Positions 47,936 to 58,350 of a stretch of DNA of 64,000 nucleotides are shown here, one piece after another (the stretch's first letter is position 1; each line of letters begins with the position of its first letter). The notes under the pieces were generated by a model. That model did not search any database. It was given only the letters and a program-made list of their open reading frames with translations, and was not told where the DNA came from. The DNA lies in NCBI GenBank assembly GCA_947258515.1, contig CAMYIO010000033.1, positions 609 through 64,608 on the forward strand. Direction: 5' to 3'. The DNA comes from an uncultured Ectothiorhodospiraceae bacterium (lineage in GTDB: Bacteria; Pseudomonadota; Gammaproteobacteria; UBA9214). Position numbers and translations under genes: made by a program.

Positions 47936-48966
47936 AACTCACCAAAGCCAGCCTCGATAGCGCAGTAAACGAAGGCATCCTGGACAAGCAGCAGGCAGAG
48001 GCCCTGTACACCTTCCTGGGCGCGCAACCCGATTCGGGGCCGGCATTCAGCTTCACCAATATCCTTTATTATTTTGGCGGCCTCATTGCCATTGGTGCCA
48101 TGACGCTGTTCATGAACCTCGGCTGGGAACAGTTCGGCGGCTGGGGCATACTGTTTATCGCTATCCTCTATGCCGGCATCGGTCTGCTGCTGACAGGTCA
48201 TTTTCAGCGGGGAGGGCACGCGGTTCCCGCCGGCATCTGCGCCACCTTTGTGATCGCGATGGCACCGCTGGGTATCTACGGTTTACAACAGGGCATGGGC
48301 TGGTGGCCGGACGATACCGTTTACCGGGACTACCACCATTACATCAAGTGGCACTGGATCTACCTTGAGCTGGGCACACTGGCAATCGGTGCGGTCATGG
48401 CCTGGCGCTACCGCTACCCGTTCATGATCATGCCGGTCGCCGTGACGCTCTGGTACATGTCGATGGATGTCGCCGCCATGCTAACCGGGGGGGAGGCCGA
48501 TTATCTATTCCGCGCCTTTGTCTCCCTGTGGTTCGGCATACTGATGATACTGCTCGCCTTCTGGATCGACATCCGCTCGCGCAAATCCGGACAGGATTAC
48601 GCTTTCTGGCTTTACCTGTTCGGGGTCATAGCTTTCTGGTGCGGCCTGTCACTGCAGCACTCCGACAGCGAACTTTCAAGGTTTATTTATTTCTGTGTCA
48701 ACCTCGGTCTTATTCTTGCCGGTGCGATTCTGGTACGCAGGGTATTTGTCATATTCGGGGCGCTGGGCAGTGCCGTTTACATTGGGCACCTGGCCTCAAC
48801 TATTTTCCAGGACAGCTGGTTGTTTCCCATTGCACTCACCGCCATCGGCCTGGGTATTATTTATCTCGGCCTGTTCTGGCAACGCAACGAAGCCTTGATT
48901 ACACAGAAGACCAGGGCATTATTACCCGCGGCCCTGCGGGAACTGCTCGCGGAAAGGGCATCGTAA
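47932..48966 (+). CDS. hypothetical polytopic membrane protein
   Basis: 8-9 predicted transmembrane helices. ATGA overlap with epmC. Confidence 0.55.
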   Translation: MKLTKASLDSAVNEGILDKQQAEALYTFLGAQPDSGPAFSFTNILYYFGGLIAIGAMTLFMNLGWEQFGGWGILFIAILYAGIGLLLTGHFQRGGHAVPAGICATFVIAMAPLGIYGLQQGMGWWPDDTVYRDYHHYIKWHWIYLELGTLAIGAVMAWRYRYPFMIMPVAVTLWYMSMDVAAMLTGGEADYLFRAFVSLWFGILMILLAFWIDIRSRKSGQDYAFWLYLFGVIAFWCGLSLQHSDSELSRFIYFCVNLGLILAGAILVRRVFVIFGALGSAVYIGHLASTIFQDSWLFPIALTAIGLGIIYLGLFWQRNEALITQKTRALLPAALRELLAERAS

Positions 48967-48978
48967 GAACCAGCATAC

Positions 48979-49617
48979 ATGGAAGAGGGCGTCATAAAAT
49001 TCAGGCTGCAGTTTTCCGAGGCAGGGCCCGTGGATATGGAGCCACTCGCAGAACTCAACAGGTGGCGAACCGTCCTCTGGCAACAGGCGCTCATCGGACA
49101 GGACCCGGCACGGTATGAGGGCTTTGGCTTTGGAAACGTGAGTCAACGCACCGGGGCCGACAATGCAGCATGCGGCAAACGTTGTTTCATCATCAGCGGC
49201 ACCCAGACCGGCCATCTGTCTGAACTGGATAGCAACCACTACACACTGGTTAAGTCATACGATGCCGCCAGTAACGCAGTGAGTGCGGCAGGCCCCATCA
49301 AACCCTCATCCGAGTCCCTGACGCATGGCATGATCTATGATCTCGATGATGAGATACGCATCGTCCTGCATGTCCATTCACCGGACATCTGGCTTGCAGC
49401 CGACCGCCTCGACATACCCGTTACGGATAGTACCGTAGCATATGGCACACCGCAGATGGCGACAGAGGTGCAGCGCCTGTTTAACGAAACTGACGTCCGG
49501 GAGCATAAAATATTTTCCATGGGCGGACACGAGGATGGGGTTATATCCTTTGGAACAAGCGCAGAGGAGGCCGGTAAGATCCTGTTACGCACACTGGATG
49601 CCAGCCGGAAACACTGA
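48979..49617 (+). CDS. class II aldolase/adducin-family protein
   Basis: SESLTHG and HVHSP metal-ligand motifs of class II aldolases. Confidence 0.7.
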   Translation: MEEGVIKFRLQFSEAGPVDMEPLAELNRWRTVLWQQALIGQDPARYEGFGFGNVSQRTGADNAACGKRCFIISGTQTGHLSELDSNHYTLVKSYDAASNAVSAAGPIKPSSESLTHGMIYDLDDEIRIVLHVHSPDIWLAADRLDIPVTDSTVAYGTPQMATEVQRLFNETDVREHKIFSMGGHEDGVISFGTSAEEAGKILLRTLDASRKH

Positions 49618-49650
49618 TCCTTGTTTCCCTAATAATCAACGAGGTCACCA

Positions 49651-50277
49651 ATGACAAAACCTGTTATCAGTTGCTCTAAAAACGGCCCCGTGATTGTCAA
49701 AGGGCTGGAGAACTTCATCGACAGCGACGGCCATCGACTGGATACGAAACCCGCGATGGGGCTCTGCCGTTGTGGCAACTCACTGAACAAACCTTATTGC
49801 GATGGCAACCACAAGTACACCGGCTTTACTGATGAAGTCTCACCGGACCGTACCGAAGACAAGGCAACACGCTACGAAGGCAGGGAGATCACCATTGTGA
49901 ATAATCCGCTGTTGTGTTCTGTAGCGGAACACTGCCACAGGGAACTGGAAAGCGTGTTCAACATGCACAATGATCCCTGGATAGAACCTGACGGCGACAC
50001 ACTGGAGCGTGTCAAGGCAGTCATCGAAAAATGTCCATCCGGCGCATTGTCATATTCGATCAATGGACAGCCGCAATCCGTCAGTGATTGCGAAGCAGCC
50101 ATTACGATTGAAAAAAACGGACCCTTGCGCATCACCGGCGGAATCGAATTGCAGGATGCACACTGGGGACAGGGTGCTTCACAGGAACATTACACACTGT
50201 GTCGCTGCGGTGCATCAAAGAACAAACCGTTTTGCGACGGCTCACATGCCGCAGTCAACTTTGACGACAGTAAATAA
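49651..50277 (+). CDS. tandem CDGSH iron-sulfur domain protein
   Basis: Two CDGSH-type modules: CRCGNSLNKPYCDGNH and CRCGASKNKPFCDGSH. Confidence 0.75.
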   Translation: MTKPVISCSKNGPVIVKGLENFIDSDGHRLDTKPAMGLCRCGNSLNKPYCDGNHKYTGFTDEVSPDRTEDKATRYEGREITIVNNPLLCSVAEHCHRELESVFNMHNDPWIEPDGDTLERVKAVIEKCPSGALSYSINGQPQSVSDCEAAITIEKNGPLRITGGIELQDAHWGQGASQEHYTLCRCGASKNKPFCDGSHAAVNFDDSK

Positions 50278-50463
50278 TCTGTAGCGTGCGCCGTGCACAC
50301 CGAAATAATGTGTTCGGCAGCGCGAATTACGTGTGATTAGCCCAAATCCCTTAAACCCTCAGAATGCTGTCAGACAGGGGCCTGCAGGGCGGAAAGTGGA
50401 AATATGGAAAAATATGCTATTTAACATAATATACATTATACGCATTAATATACGCGCCGGATT

Positions 50464-50949
50464 TTACAACCGGGGGGCCATAACCGGGGCTGCCGGGAGC
50501 TGTACAGGCCGCCCTGGACCCTCCGGCAATACAGGATGTTCAGGCTGTATTGGCGGACTGATGACCGGTGGATACAGCGGACGATTCGGATAGCTGTAGC
50601 CGTTTTTATAGTCTGTCACTGGCTGCGCTTCAGTTTCTTTTGCTTGTTGCCGTGACTGCCGTTGCGCATCCTTGCGTTGCTGAGCACGCTCCGCATTCGC
50701 CGCGCCAAGGTCAATGGCCTGTGATTCAATGCGCTTGGCACGCTCGATGCTTTCCTGCTGCCGGGCCTCGGATGGTCCCGGTTGCAGCTGGACTTCCTGT
50801 ACCTCAACCGCGCCGGGCTGTGGTCTGTCAGAGAAAATGACCTCACCCTGTTCATTGACCGATTTGTACAGTGGTTGCGCTACAACGCTTGTGGCATACA
50901 AGGAGACGGCAATACTGCACAATTTGAGCCGGTTACTCATCGATTTCAT
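50464..50949 (-). CDS. DUF4124-domain secreted protein
   Basis: Signal peptide, LYKSVNEQGEVIFSDRP DUF4124 motif, and a low-complexity Pro/Gln-rich tail. Confidence 0.6.
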   Translation of the reverse strand: MKSMSNRLKLCSIAVSLYATSVVAQPLYKSVNEQGEVIFSDRPQPGAVEVQEVQLQPGPSEARQQESIERAKRIESQAIDLGAANAERAQQRKDAQRQSRQQAKETEAQPVTDYKNGYSYPNRPLYPPVISPPIQPEHPVLPEGPGRPVQLPAAPVMAPRL

Positions 50950-51010
50950 CCTCGCCCTTGCATGATTTAGAACCAGTGTAGAATACTACCTAACTTCTAC
51001 TATCCATTTA

Positions 51011-51955
51011 ATGTCAATGTTTTCGCATTTATACACCTTGAATATGTACACATTCCTCACTTGTATACTCGTCATCATCGCTAGCGGCCCGTCACGGGCT
51101 GACATCTTCACACTGCCACCACCGGATGTTGACGTCATTGGTCAGATGGATAGCGTCACGGCCAGCCGGGATGAAACGCTACTCGATATAGCCCGCCGAT
51201 ATGACCTTGGACAAAATGAAATCCTGCTGGCTAACCCGGCGGTCGATCGCTGGCTACCCGAGGAAAACTCGGTCGTTGTTTTGCCGAATCGTTTCATACT
51301 GCCCAACGTGGAACGTACCGGGCTGGTACTCAACCTGCCTGAAATGAGGCTGTATTACTTCCCGAAACCCGCCCCCGGAGAGACACCCGTCGTTATCACT
51401 CACCCGGTCAGCGTCGGCAGAATGGATTGGGAAACCCCGCTCGGTCAAACAAAAATCGTCACCAAGCAAAAAGATCCGGACTGGCGTCCTCCACAGTCAC
51501 TGAAAGACGAAGCCATTGCCGAGGGTAATGAACCCTTGCCGGATATTGTCAAGGCCGGCCCTGACAATCCGCTGGGCCGCTATGCCATGCGGCTTGGTAT
51601 ACCCGGTTACCTGATTCACAGCACCAATAAACCTTACGGCGTTGGTATGCGCGTTACACACGGCTGTTTGCGCATGTACCCCGAAGACATCGAGCGACTG
51701 TTTGAAGATATCCCGGTCGGCACACCGGTACACCTTGTCAATCAACCCATCAAACTGGGCTGGCTTGCAGGTTCACTGTTCGTGGAACTGCACCCGCCGC
51801 TGGAGGAAGACACGGAAAACTACGCGAACTACATGCAAAGGGTACTCGATGCCATTGCCGAGTTTACCGCCCCGGATGAAATCAGTCTCAGTGGCAGAGT
51901 ACTGTGGCAGGCCATTGAGCACCAGGACGGTATACCGGTTGCGGTGACACGCTAG
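51011..51955 (+). CDS. L,D-transpeptidase with LysM domain (YnhG/YbiS class)
   Basis: LysM (ETLLDIARRYDLGQNEILLANP) and YkuD catalytic motif YLIHSTNKPYGVGMRVTHGCLRM. Confidence 0.8.
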   Translation: MSMFSHLYTLNMYTFLTCILVIIASGPSRADIFTLPPPDVDVIGQMDSVTASRDETLLDIARRYDLGQNEILLANPAVDRWLPEENSVVVLPNRFILPNVERTGLVLNLPEMRLYYFPKPAPGETPVVITHPVSVGRMDWETPLGQTKIVTKQKDPDWRPPQSLKDEAIAEGNEPLPDIVKAGPDNPLGRYAMRLGIPGYLIHSTNKPYGVGMRVTHGCLRMYPEDIERLFEDIPVGTPVHLVNQPIKLGWLAGSLFVELHPPLEEDTENYANYMQRVLDAIAEFTAPDEISLSGRVLWQAIEHQDGIPVAVTR

Positions 51956-51974
51956 CCCGCCTGCTGCCGCATAT

Positions 51975-51996
51975 AAAAAAGCCCCCGAAGGGGCTT
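51975..51996. terminator. bidirectional stem-loop terminator between the L,D-transpeptidase gene and lpp-like gene
   Basis: aaaaaaGCCCCcgaaGGGGCttcg. It has a T-tract on the minus strand (the lpp side) and a weaker tail on the plus strand. Confidence 0.5.
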
Positions 51997-52021
51997 CGTA
52001 AAACAGGGTTAATACCAGCAA

Positions 52022-52321
52022 CTATTTATACATTGCCTTTTTAAACATGCGGTCAATCTTTGTCTCGGTTTCTTCCGAGGTCGCTTTGGCTTCATTGGCA
52101 GTCTCTGTCGCACTGGCTGCCATCGCCCTGGCTTCTGCAGCCTCGGCACGTGCCGCACTCGCCTCGGCCCTGGCGGCACTGGCATCTGCACTGGCCGCAT
52201 CGACTCTCGCACCCAATGCGTCCATATCACCGGTACTTGCACAAGCCGTCAGACCGAAAACACCCACAATTAATGACACTTTCCCGACTTTTGCCAGGAC
52301 TTTTCCATACTTACCCATCAT
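52022..52321 (-). CDS. Lpp-like alanine-zipper outer-membrane lipoprotein
   Basis: Lipobox LTAC, Ala-rich heptads (SAARAEASAARAEAAEARA), and a C-terminal ...MYK with terminal Lys as in Braun lipoprotein. Confidence 0.65.
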   Translation of the reverse strand: MMGKYGKVLAKVGKVSLIVGVFGLTACASTGDMDALGARVDAASADASAARAEASAARAEAAEARAMAASATETANEAKATSEETETKIDRMFKKAMYK

Positions 52322-52437
52322 TCATTTCTCCTTCACAAACTGAAAATTTAAATCATAGTATGCGGCTAACAGCTGACAGCCGTCCCGCATACATCACCCA
52401 TGCCGCGCATATGCTACCAGCATCCGCGCATGTCTGC

Positions 52438-52998
52438 TTAGCGAATTTCCACCGGGGTACCGACCCGGGCCCATTGCAACAGCTGGTCAATCTGCGCATT
52501 GCTTAAAGCCACGCAGCCATTTGTCCAGTTATATTGTTGATGTACCGCCATATCGCCCTGCCCTAACCCGTGAATCCCGATATAGCCGCCCAGCGGCGTG
52601 TGTTGCGGGGGGATCTTGCCCGCCTCGAGGGCGCGACGAATTTCCTGCCACTGCGCCTCGCTGATGCGCTCATCCACCAGGGCACGATCGGCCGCCGGCC
52701 GGTCCGGGTAGGTCAGCCCCAGGAAAATATAATAGCGGGACTCGCTGTTGATCCAGCCGATCCTGTAGTTTCCCAGCGGGGTTTTATTATCGCCCTGCCG
52801 CTTGAAATAGGTCTTGCCGTAGCGGCCAATAGCAATATCCGGAAATGTCTTGATGACGGTATCGCCGTACATCACCGTGAGCGTTGCGGCCCTGGTATCA
52901 ATGAAAATGCGAGCACTGCCCGCCTGCGCCTGACACACAATCAGGGCCAGCAGGCCATACAGCAACACCTTCCATAATATTTTCCGGATATTTAACAT
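52438..52998 (-). CDS. L,D-transpeptidase (YkuD domain)
   Basis: Signal peptide. Catalytic GIHGLG...NGCVALSN with His/Cys. Confidence 0.75.
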   Translation of the reverse strand: MLNIRKILWKVLLYGLLALIVCQAQAGSARIFIDTRAATLTVMYGDTVIKTFPDIAIGRYGKTYFKRQGDNKTPLGNYRIGWINSESRYYIFLGLTYPDRPAADRALVDERISEAQWQEIRRALEAGKIPPQHTPLGGYIGIHGLGQGDMAVHQQYNWTNGCVALSNAQIDQLLQWARVGTPVEIR

Positions 52999-53086
52999 AC
53001 AATCTGGATCGTCGCCGTTATTATGATCAACCGGTCGCCATCATACCCCTCAACTATTCAGTGATGTAAACCTATGCGCACAGGTC

Positions 53087-54214
53087 TTGCACATGCATGA
53101 GTCCGAATTCCCGCTGGATGACTCGATCATCTACCTGAACCATGCGGCAGTCTCGCCGTGGCCGCAACGTACCGCAAACGCGGTGAAACGCTTCGCCGAC
53201 GAAAATGTCGCGTTTGGCAGTCAGAACTACCCGTCATGGGTTGCCACGGAAAGCATGCTGCGACAGCAGTTACAACAACTGATACATGCGGCATCCAGTG
53301 ACGAAATCGCGTTGTTAAAAAACACCTCTGAAGCACTGTCCGTGGTGGCCTACGGGCTACCCTGGAAACCCGGCGATAATGTGGTTATCACCAGCCAGGA
53401 ATTCCCGTCCAACCGGGTGGTATGGGAATCACTGCAGAAGTATGGTGTGACTACCCGCGCAGCTGATATCACCGCAAACGACTCACCCGAGGCCGCCATT
53501 CTCGACACCCTTGATGACAGCACCCGCCTGCTATCGGTCAGCGCCGTGCAATACGGCAGCGGACTGAGGCTGGACCTCCCCGTTCTCGGTGCAGCCTGCC
53601 GGGAAAGAGACATCCTGTTTTGTGTTGATGCCATACAAAGCCTGGGCGCGGTTCGCCTTGACGTTCAGGCCTGCCAGGCTGATTTCGTCATGGCGGATGC
53701 CCACAAATGGATGCTCGGCCCGGAAGGCATCGCCCTGTTTTATTGTCGCCAGGCCATCATGGAGCGGCTGGACCTGAAGCAATATGGCTGGCACATGCTC
53801 GAGGACCCGCATAACTTTGACAACAAGAACTGGGAAATTGCCGGCAGCGCACGTCGATTTGAATGCGGCAGCCCGAACATGACAGGCATACATGCCCTGC
53901 ACGCCAGCATGACCCTGATTCTGGAAACCGGTATGCAAACCATTGAAGCACAGGTCCTCGAAAATACACATTTCATGATTGATTATTTTTCACAGCAGTC
54001 CGATCGTTATCAGCTCATCACTCCAGGCGCCGAACACCGCCATGCTGGCATCGTCACCTTCCGCCCATTGAACGAGACACCGGAATCGCTCTTCGAGATG
54101 CTCGCAAGGGAGCATGTGTTCTGCGCACTCAGGGGCGGCGGTATTCGTTTCTCGCCGCACTTCTATACGCCGCGCAAGCGGCTGTTCAAGGCCCTGGAAA
54201 TGCTTGATGGCTAG
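53087..54214 (+). CDS. class V aminotransferase-fold PLP-dependent enzyme
   Basis: AAVSPWP N-terminal motif. DAHKWMLGPEGIALFY matches the PLP-lysine region of class V enzymes. Confidence 0.75.
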   Translation: MHMHESEFPLDDSIIYLNHAAVSPWPQRTANAVKRFADENVAFGSQNYPSWVATESMLRQQLQQLIHAASSDEIALLKNTSEALSVVAYGLPWKPGDNVVITSQEFPSNRVVWESLQKYGVTTRAADITANDSPEAAILDTLDDSTRLLSVSAVQYGSGLRLDLPVLGAACRERDILFCVDAIQSLGAVRLDVQACQADFVMADAHKWMLGPEGIALFYCRQAIMERLDLKQYGWHMLEDPHNFDNKNWEIAGSARRFECGSPNMTGIHALHASMTLILETGMQTIEAQVLENTHFMIDYFSQQSDRYQLITPGAEHRHAGIVTFRPLNETPESLFEMLAREHVFCALRGGGIRFSPHFYTPRKRLFKALEMLDG

Positions 54215-54457
54215 GCGCCCGGCAGGTACCCGCCACTTCATTTTCCGCCTGCCTGCGCCGCTAAGCTGTATGGACCTGAGCTGTATAAAGCAATCAGTGG
54301 CTTGAAACAGCCTTGAAACTCGGCGCAAGGATGTATGTCCAATTACCACTGACCTGAAACAATGAGTGAATACGCCTGACAACACGAATACACTGTAACA
54401 ACAGGTCAACTACGATACAGCACTAGTGGCGCCTGATACGCGCCAGGGATAACTGCC

Positions 54458-56932
54458 ATGCACTGGATGATCGAACTGACCGTTATTCTGGCACTGCCGG
54501 GATTCATGATGGCCCGTCAGGCATCACGCTTCATCTGGACAGCGGTGCTGGCCGCCCTGCTCGGTTACTGGACCCTCCGCTACACACCACCCGTCTGGGC
54601 ACTGCTTGTCAGCTGGGGCACGCTTGTCCCGCTTGGCCTGCTGCTGACCGTAACACCGCTGCGACGCGCCCTCATTATCAAACCCCTGCTTGGCTTCTAC
54701 AGAAAGATCATGCCGGGCATGTCCGATACGGAACGTGAGGCACTGCAGGCCGGCACTGTTTGGTGGGAAGCGGACATCTTCAGTGGACGACCGGACTGGC
54801 AACGCATGCTCGGCTTTGCCGCCCCTTCGCTCAGCGTCGAGGAACAGGCCTTTATTGACGGTCCGGTGAATAAACTGTGCGCCATGGTTAATGACTGGGA
54901 AGTCACGGAGGAACTGCGTGACCTGACACCGGCCACCTGGGACTTTCTCAAGAAGCAGGGCTTCTTTGGCATGATCATACCGAAACAATACGGCGGCCTC
55001 GAGTTTTCCGCCAATGCACACTCCTGTATCGTTATGAAGGTCGCCAGCCGCAGCATCTCCGCCGGCGTCACGGTCATGGTGCCCAACTCACTGGGGCCGG
55101 CGAAGTTACTGTTGTCCTATGGTACCGAGGCACAAAAGAACCATTACCTGCCGCGCCTCGCCAGCGGCGAGGAAATCCCCTGCTTCGCCCTGACCGGACC
55201 GGATGCCGGCAGCGACGCCGCGTCCATGCCGGATATCGGCATTGTTTGTCGACAGCCTTTTGACGGCAGGGATGGCGTGCTCGGCATACGCCTGAACTGG
55301 GAAAAACGCTATATCACGCTCGGCCCTGTGGCTACGTTACTGGGACTCGCCTTCCACCTGCACGATCCCGATCAATTGCTGGGTGACAGGGAAGACATTG
55401 GCATCACGCTGGCACTGATCCCCACGACCACGCCGGGGATCGAAATCGGCAGCCGCCATTTTCCCATGAGCCAGTCATTCATGAACGGTCCCAACCGGGG
55501 TACAGACGTGTTCATTCCAATGGACTGGGTGATCGGTGGCCAGGACTATGTTGGCCAGGGCTGGCGCATGTTGATGAACAGTCTGTCCGATGGACGCGCC
55601 ATCTCCCTCCCCGCCCTGAGTACGGCCTCGGGACAACTGGTGAGCCGCAGCGTCGGCGCCTATGCCGCGGTACGGAAACAGTTCAAGGTATCCATCGGTA
55701 AATTCGAGGGCATCAGCGAGGTACTCGCGCGCATCGCGGGTACGACCTATATCCTCAATGCCGCGCGCGGCTTTACCACGGCGGCCTTCGACAGCGGCGA
55801 GGAACCTTCCGTCGCGTCCGCCATAATCAAGTACCATTTTACAGAACGCATGCGGGTAATCGTCAACGATGCCATGGACATTCTTGCCGGTCGCGGCATC
55901 AGCATGGGACCGAACAACTTTCTTGGCCGCGCCTACCAGGCACTGCCAATCGCGATCACCGTGGAAGGTGCGAATATTCTCACCCGCAACCTGATTATCT
56001 TCGGACAGGGTGCGATACGCTGCCATCCCTTCCTGTTCAGGGAGATGGAGGCTGCCGGCCAGTCCGATGTTGCCGGGTTTGACGAAGCCCTGCTCGGCCA
56101 TGGCAGTCATATCATGAGCAACATCAGCCGCAGCCTGTTTCACAGCCTGACCCGCGGACGCTTGCTTGCAACGCCCCGACACGGCGTGAGCGGGCATTAT
56201 TATCGCCAGTTTAGCCGCATGAGCCTTGCCTTCGCGGTAACGGCCGAGATGACCCTGCTGTCACTGGGTGGCGGACTGAAGCGCAAGGAGTCACTGTCCG
56301 GCAGGCTCGGGGACGTGCTCAGCCTTCTCTACCTTGGCAGCGCGCTCCTGAAACACCATGACGACAATGGTTCTCCTGACGATGAACTGCCGTTGCTTGA
56401 GTGGGCCTGCCAGGATCTGCTCTTCAGTATGCAGACACGCTTGCATGAAGTGTTGAACAACCTGCCCAATCGCGTCGTTGCGGGGATCACGCACGCGCTC
56501 ACCTTTCCACTGGGCAAACCCTACCAGCGCCCCTCTGACAGACTTGGACAGCAGGTTGCCAATCTCCTACTTGAACCGGGAGCACTTCGTGACCGCCTGA
56601 CTGAAGCTGTGTATATTCCAGAGAATAAATCGGAAGCGGTCGCTCAACTTGATGATGCGCTTGAGAAGAGCTTCGCGGCAGAACCAGCTATTCGCAAGCT
56701 GCGCAGGGCCATGAAGGCAGGCACCCTGCCCAAGGGCGACCCTGAGGAGCACATTGATGCCGGCGTCAATGCCAGCATCATTGACACAGGAGAAGCAGCC
56801 ATTATCCGTGCTGCCATTGCCGCACGCAAGGTTGTCATACAGGTAGATGAATTTCTCCCTGATTACTTAACCAAGGAGCGCAGAGAATGGGGGAACGACA
56901 ATCCGGGTGGGGTGGCCGGCCAGTCTATGTAG
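54458..56932 (+). CDS. fadE: acyl-CoA dehydrogenase FadE
   Basis: 824 aa, collinear with E. coli FadE (AGTVWWEADIFSGRPDW, EIPCFALTGPDAGSDAASMPD, ITVEGANILTRNLIIFGQGAIRCHPF). Confidence 0.9.
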   Translation: MHWMIELTVILALPGFMMARQASRFIWTAVLAALLGYWTLRYTPPVWALLVSWGTLVPLGLLLTVTPLRRALIIKPLLGFYRKIMPGMSDTEREALQAGTVWWEADIFSGRPDWQRMLGFAAPSLSVEEQAFIDGPVNKLCAMVNDWEVTEELRDLTPATWDFLKKQGFFGMIIPKQYGGLEFSANAHSCIVMKVASRSISAGVTVMVPNSLGPAKLLLSYGTEAQKNHYLPRLASGEEIPCFALTGPDAGSDAASMPDIGIVCRQPFDGRDGVLGIRLNWEKRYITLGPVATLLGLAFHLHDPDQLLGDREDIGITLALIPTTTPGIEIGSRHFPMSQSFMNGPNRGTDVFIPMDWVIGGQDYVGQGWRMLMNSLSDGRAISLPALSTASGQLVSRSVGAYAAVRKQFKVSIGKFEGISEVLARIAGTTYILNAARGFTTAAFDSGEEPSVASAIIKYHFTERMRVIVNDAMDILAGRGISMGPNNFLGRAYQALPIAITVEGANILTRNLIIFGQGAIRCHPFLFREMEAAGQSDVAGFDEALLGHGSHIMSNISRSLFHSLTRGRLLATPRHGVSGHYYRQFSRMSLAFAVTAEMTLLSLGGGLKRKESLSGRLGDVLSLLYLGSALLKHHDDNGSPDDELPLLEWACQDLLFSMQTRLHEVLNNLPNRVVAGITHALTFPLGKPYQRPSDRLGQQVANLLLEPGALRDRLTEAVYIPENKSEAVAQLDDALEKSFAAEPAIRKLRRAMKAGTLPKGDPEEHIDAGVNASIIDTGEAAIIRAAIAARKVVIQVDEFLPDYLTKERREWGNDNPGGVAGQSM

Positions 56933-58191
56933 TCGACGGCAGCCGCACTCCGTACATCAAGACCCGCGGGAAACCCGGACCGTTTTCAGCTTCCGACCTG
57001 GCCGTTGCGGCCGGGCAACCGCTGCTCGCACGTCAACCCTTCGCGCCCGACGACCTCGATGAGGTCATTCTGGGTTGCGTAATGCCCAGTGAAAACGAGG
57101 CTAACATCGGTCGTGTCGCCGCACTGAGACTCGGCTGCGGTGAGCGGGTGCCTGCCTGGACCGTACAACGCAATTGCGCCTCGGGCATGCAATCCATCGA
57201 CTCGGCGGCACAGAATATCGCCAGCGGGCGGTCCAGCCTGGTACTCGCCGGTGGTGTTGAATCCATGAGTCGCGCACCGATCCTGTATAACGACACCATG
57301 GTGCACTGGTTCGCCGCCATGGCGGCTGCACGCACACTGCCTGAAAAACTCAAAATGCTTGGCCGCCTGCGTCCCGGCCATTTCAAACCGGTGATCGCCC
57401 TGCTCCATGGCCTCACCGATCCTGTCGTTGGACTCTCTATGGGGCAGACGGCAGAAATCCTGGCACACCGTTTTGGCATCAGCCGTGAAATGATGGACAG
57501 CTTTGCGGTACGCAGCCACACACGACTGACGAGCGCGCACGAGAACGGTTATCTCGATGAGATCGAAGCTCTGTATGATACCCGTGGCAATGTTTACGAC
57601 CATGATGACGGGGTTCGCCCGGATTCTTCCATCGAGAAACTGGCGAAGTTGCGCCCGGTATTCGACAAGCCGCTGGGTAACGTCACCGCCGGCAACAGCG
57701 CGCAGATTACCGATGGTGCCGCCTGGGTTATCCTTGCATCGGAGGACAGGGTGTCCCGCCACAACCTGCCGGTACTGGGTCAACTGATTGACAGCCAGTG
57801 GGCCGGCCTGGACCCCGCACAAATGGGACTGGGACCCTGCTATGCCATGGCACCCATCATGCAACGCCACGGACTGGACAGCGCTGATATCGACTTTATA
57901 GAAATCAACGAAGCCTTCGCAGCCCAGGTACGGGCCTGCCTCGCCGCCTGGAAAGACCCGGACTTCTGTCGCGATGAACTGGGCAGGGAGTCAGCCTTTA
58001 CGGCGATCGACGAGGACCGCCTGAATATCGATGGCGGTGCGGTCGCTATCGGTCACCCGGTGGGATCCAGCGGTGCACGCATCGTCTTGCATCTACTAAA
58101 GGTCCTGCAACGTAACAATGCAAAACGCGGCATGGCAAGCATCTGCATTGGCGGCGGCCAGGGTGGCGCTATGTTGATTGAAAGGGCTTGA
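56887..58191 (+). CDS. fadI: acetyl-CoA C-acyltransferase (FadI-type 3-ketoacyl-CoA thiolase)
   Basis: Thiolase catalytic motifs (NCASGMQS, ...GHPVGSSGARIV..., CIGGGQGGAML). ~434 aa like FadI. The true start may be internal, because the ORF overlaps fadE by 46 nt. Confidence 0.85.
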   Translation: MGERQSGWGGRPVYVVDGSRTPYIKTRGKPGPFSASDLAVAAGQPLLARQPFAPDDLDEVILGCVMPSENEANIGRVAALRLGCGERVPAWTVQRNCASGMQSIDSAAQNIASGRSSLVLAGGVESMSRAPILYNDTMVHWFAAMAAARTLPEKLKMLGRLRPGHFKPVIALLHGLTDPVVGLSMGQTAEILAHRFGISREMMDSFAVRSHTRLTSAHENGYLDEIEALYDTRGNVYDHDDGVRPDSSIEKLAKLRPVFDKPLGNVTAGNSAQITDGAAWVILASEDRVSRHNLPVLGQLIDSQWAGLDPAQMGLGPCYAMAPIMQRHGLDSADIDFIEINEAFAAQVRACLAAWKDPDFCRDELGRESAFTAIDEDRLNIDGGAVAIGHPVGSSGARIVLHLLKVLQRNNAKRGMASICIGGGQGGAMLIERA

Positions 58192-58195
58192 AATG

Positions 58196-58340
58196 AGTCG
58201 TGACCATAATGCAGGAGCAGATCGCGCTTGCGAAGCGCTCCTGCAAACGAGTCATGACCATATTGTAGGAGCGGACCGCGTCCGCGAAATATTCTGGACT
58301 GGAACAAATCGCGCTTGCGAAGCGATTCTGCAAACGAAGG
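58196..58340. repeat. REP-like palindromic element cluster (type B) in the fadI-fadJ spacer
   Basis: Three palindromes: gcaggagcagatcgcgcttgcgaagcgctcctgc, tgtaggagcggaccgcgtccgcgaa, and aatcgcgcttgcgaagcgatt. The unit is related to the one at 16481-16590. Confidence 0.5.
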
Positions 58341-58350
58341 GATACCACGA

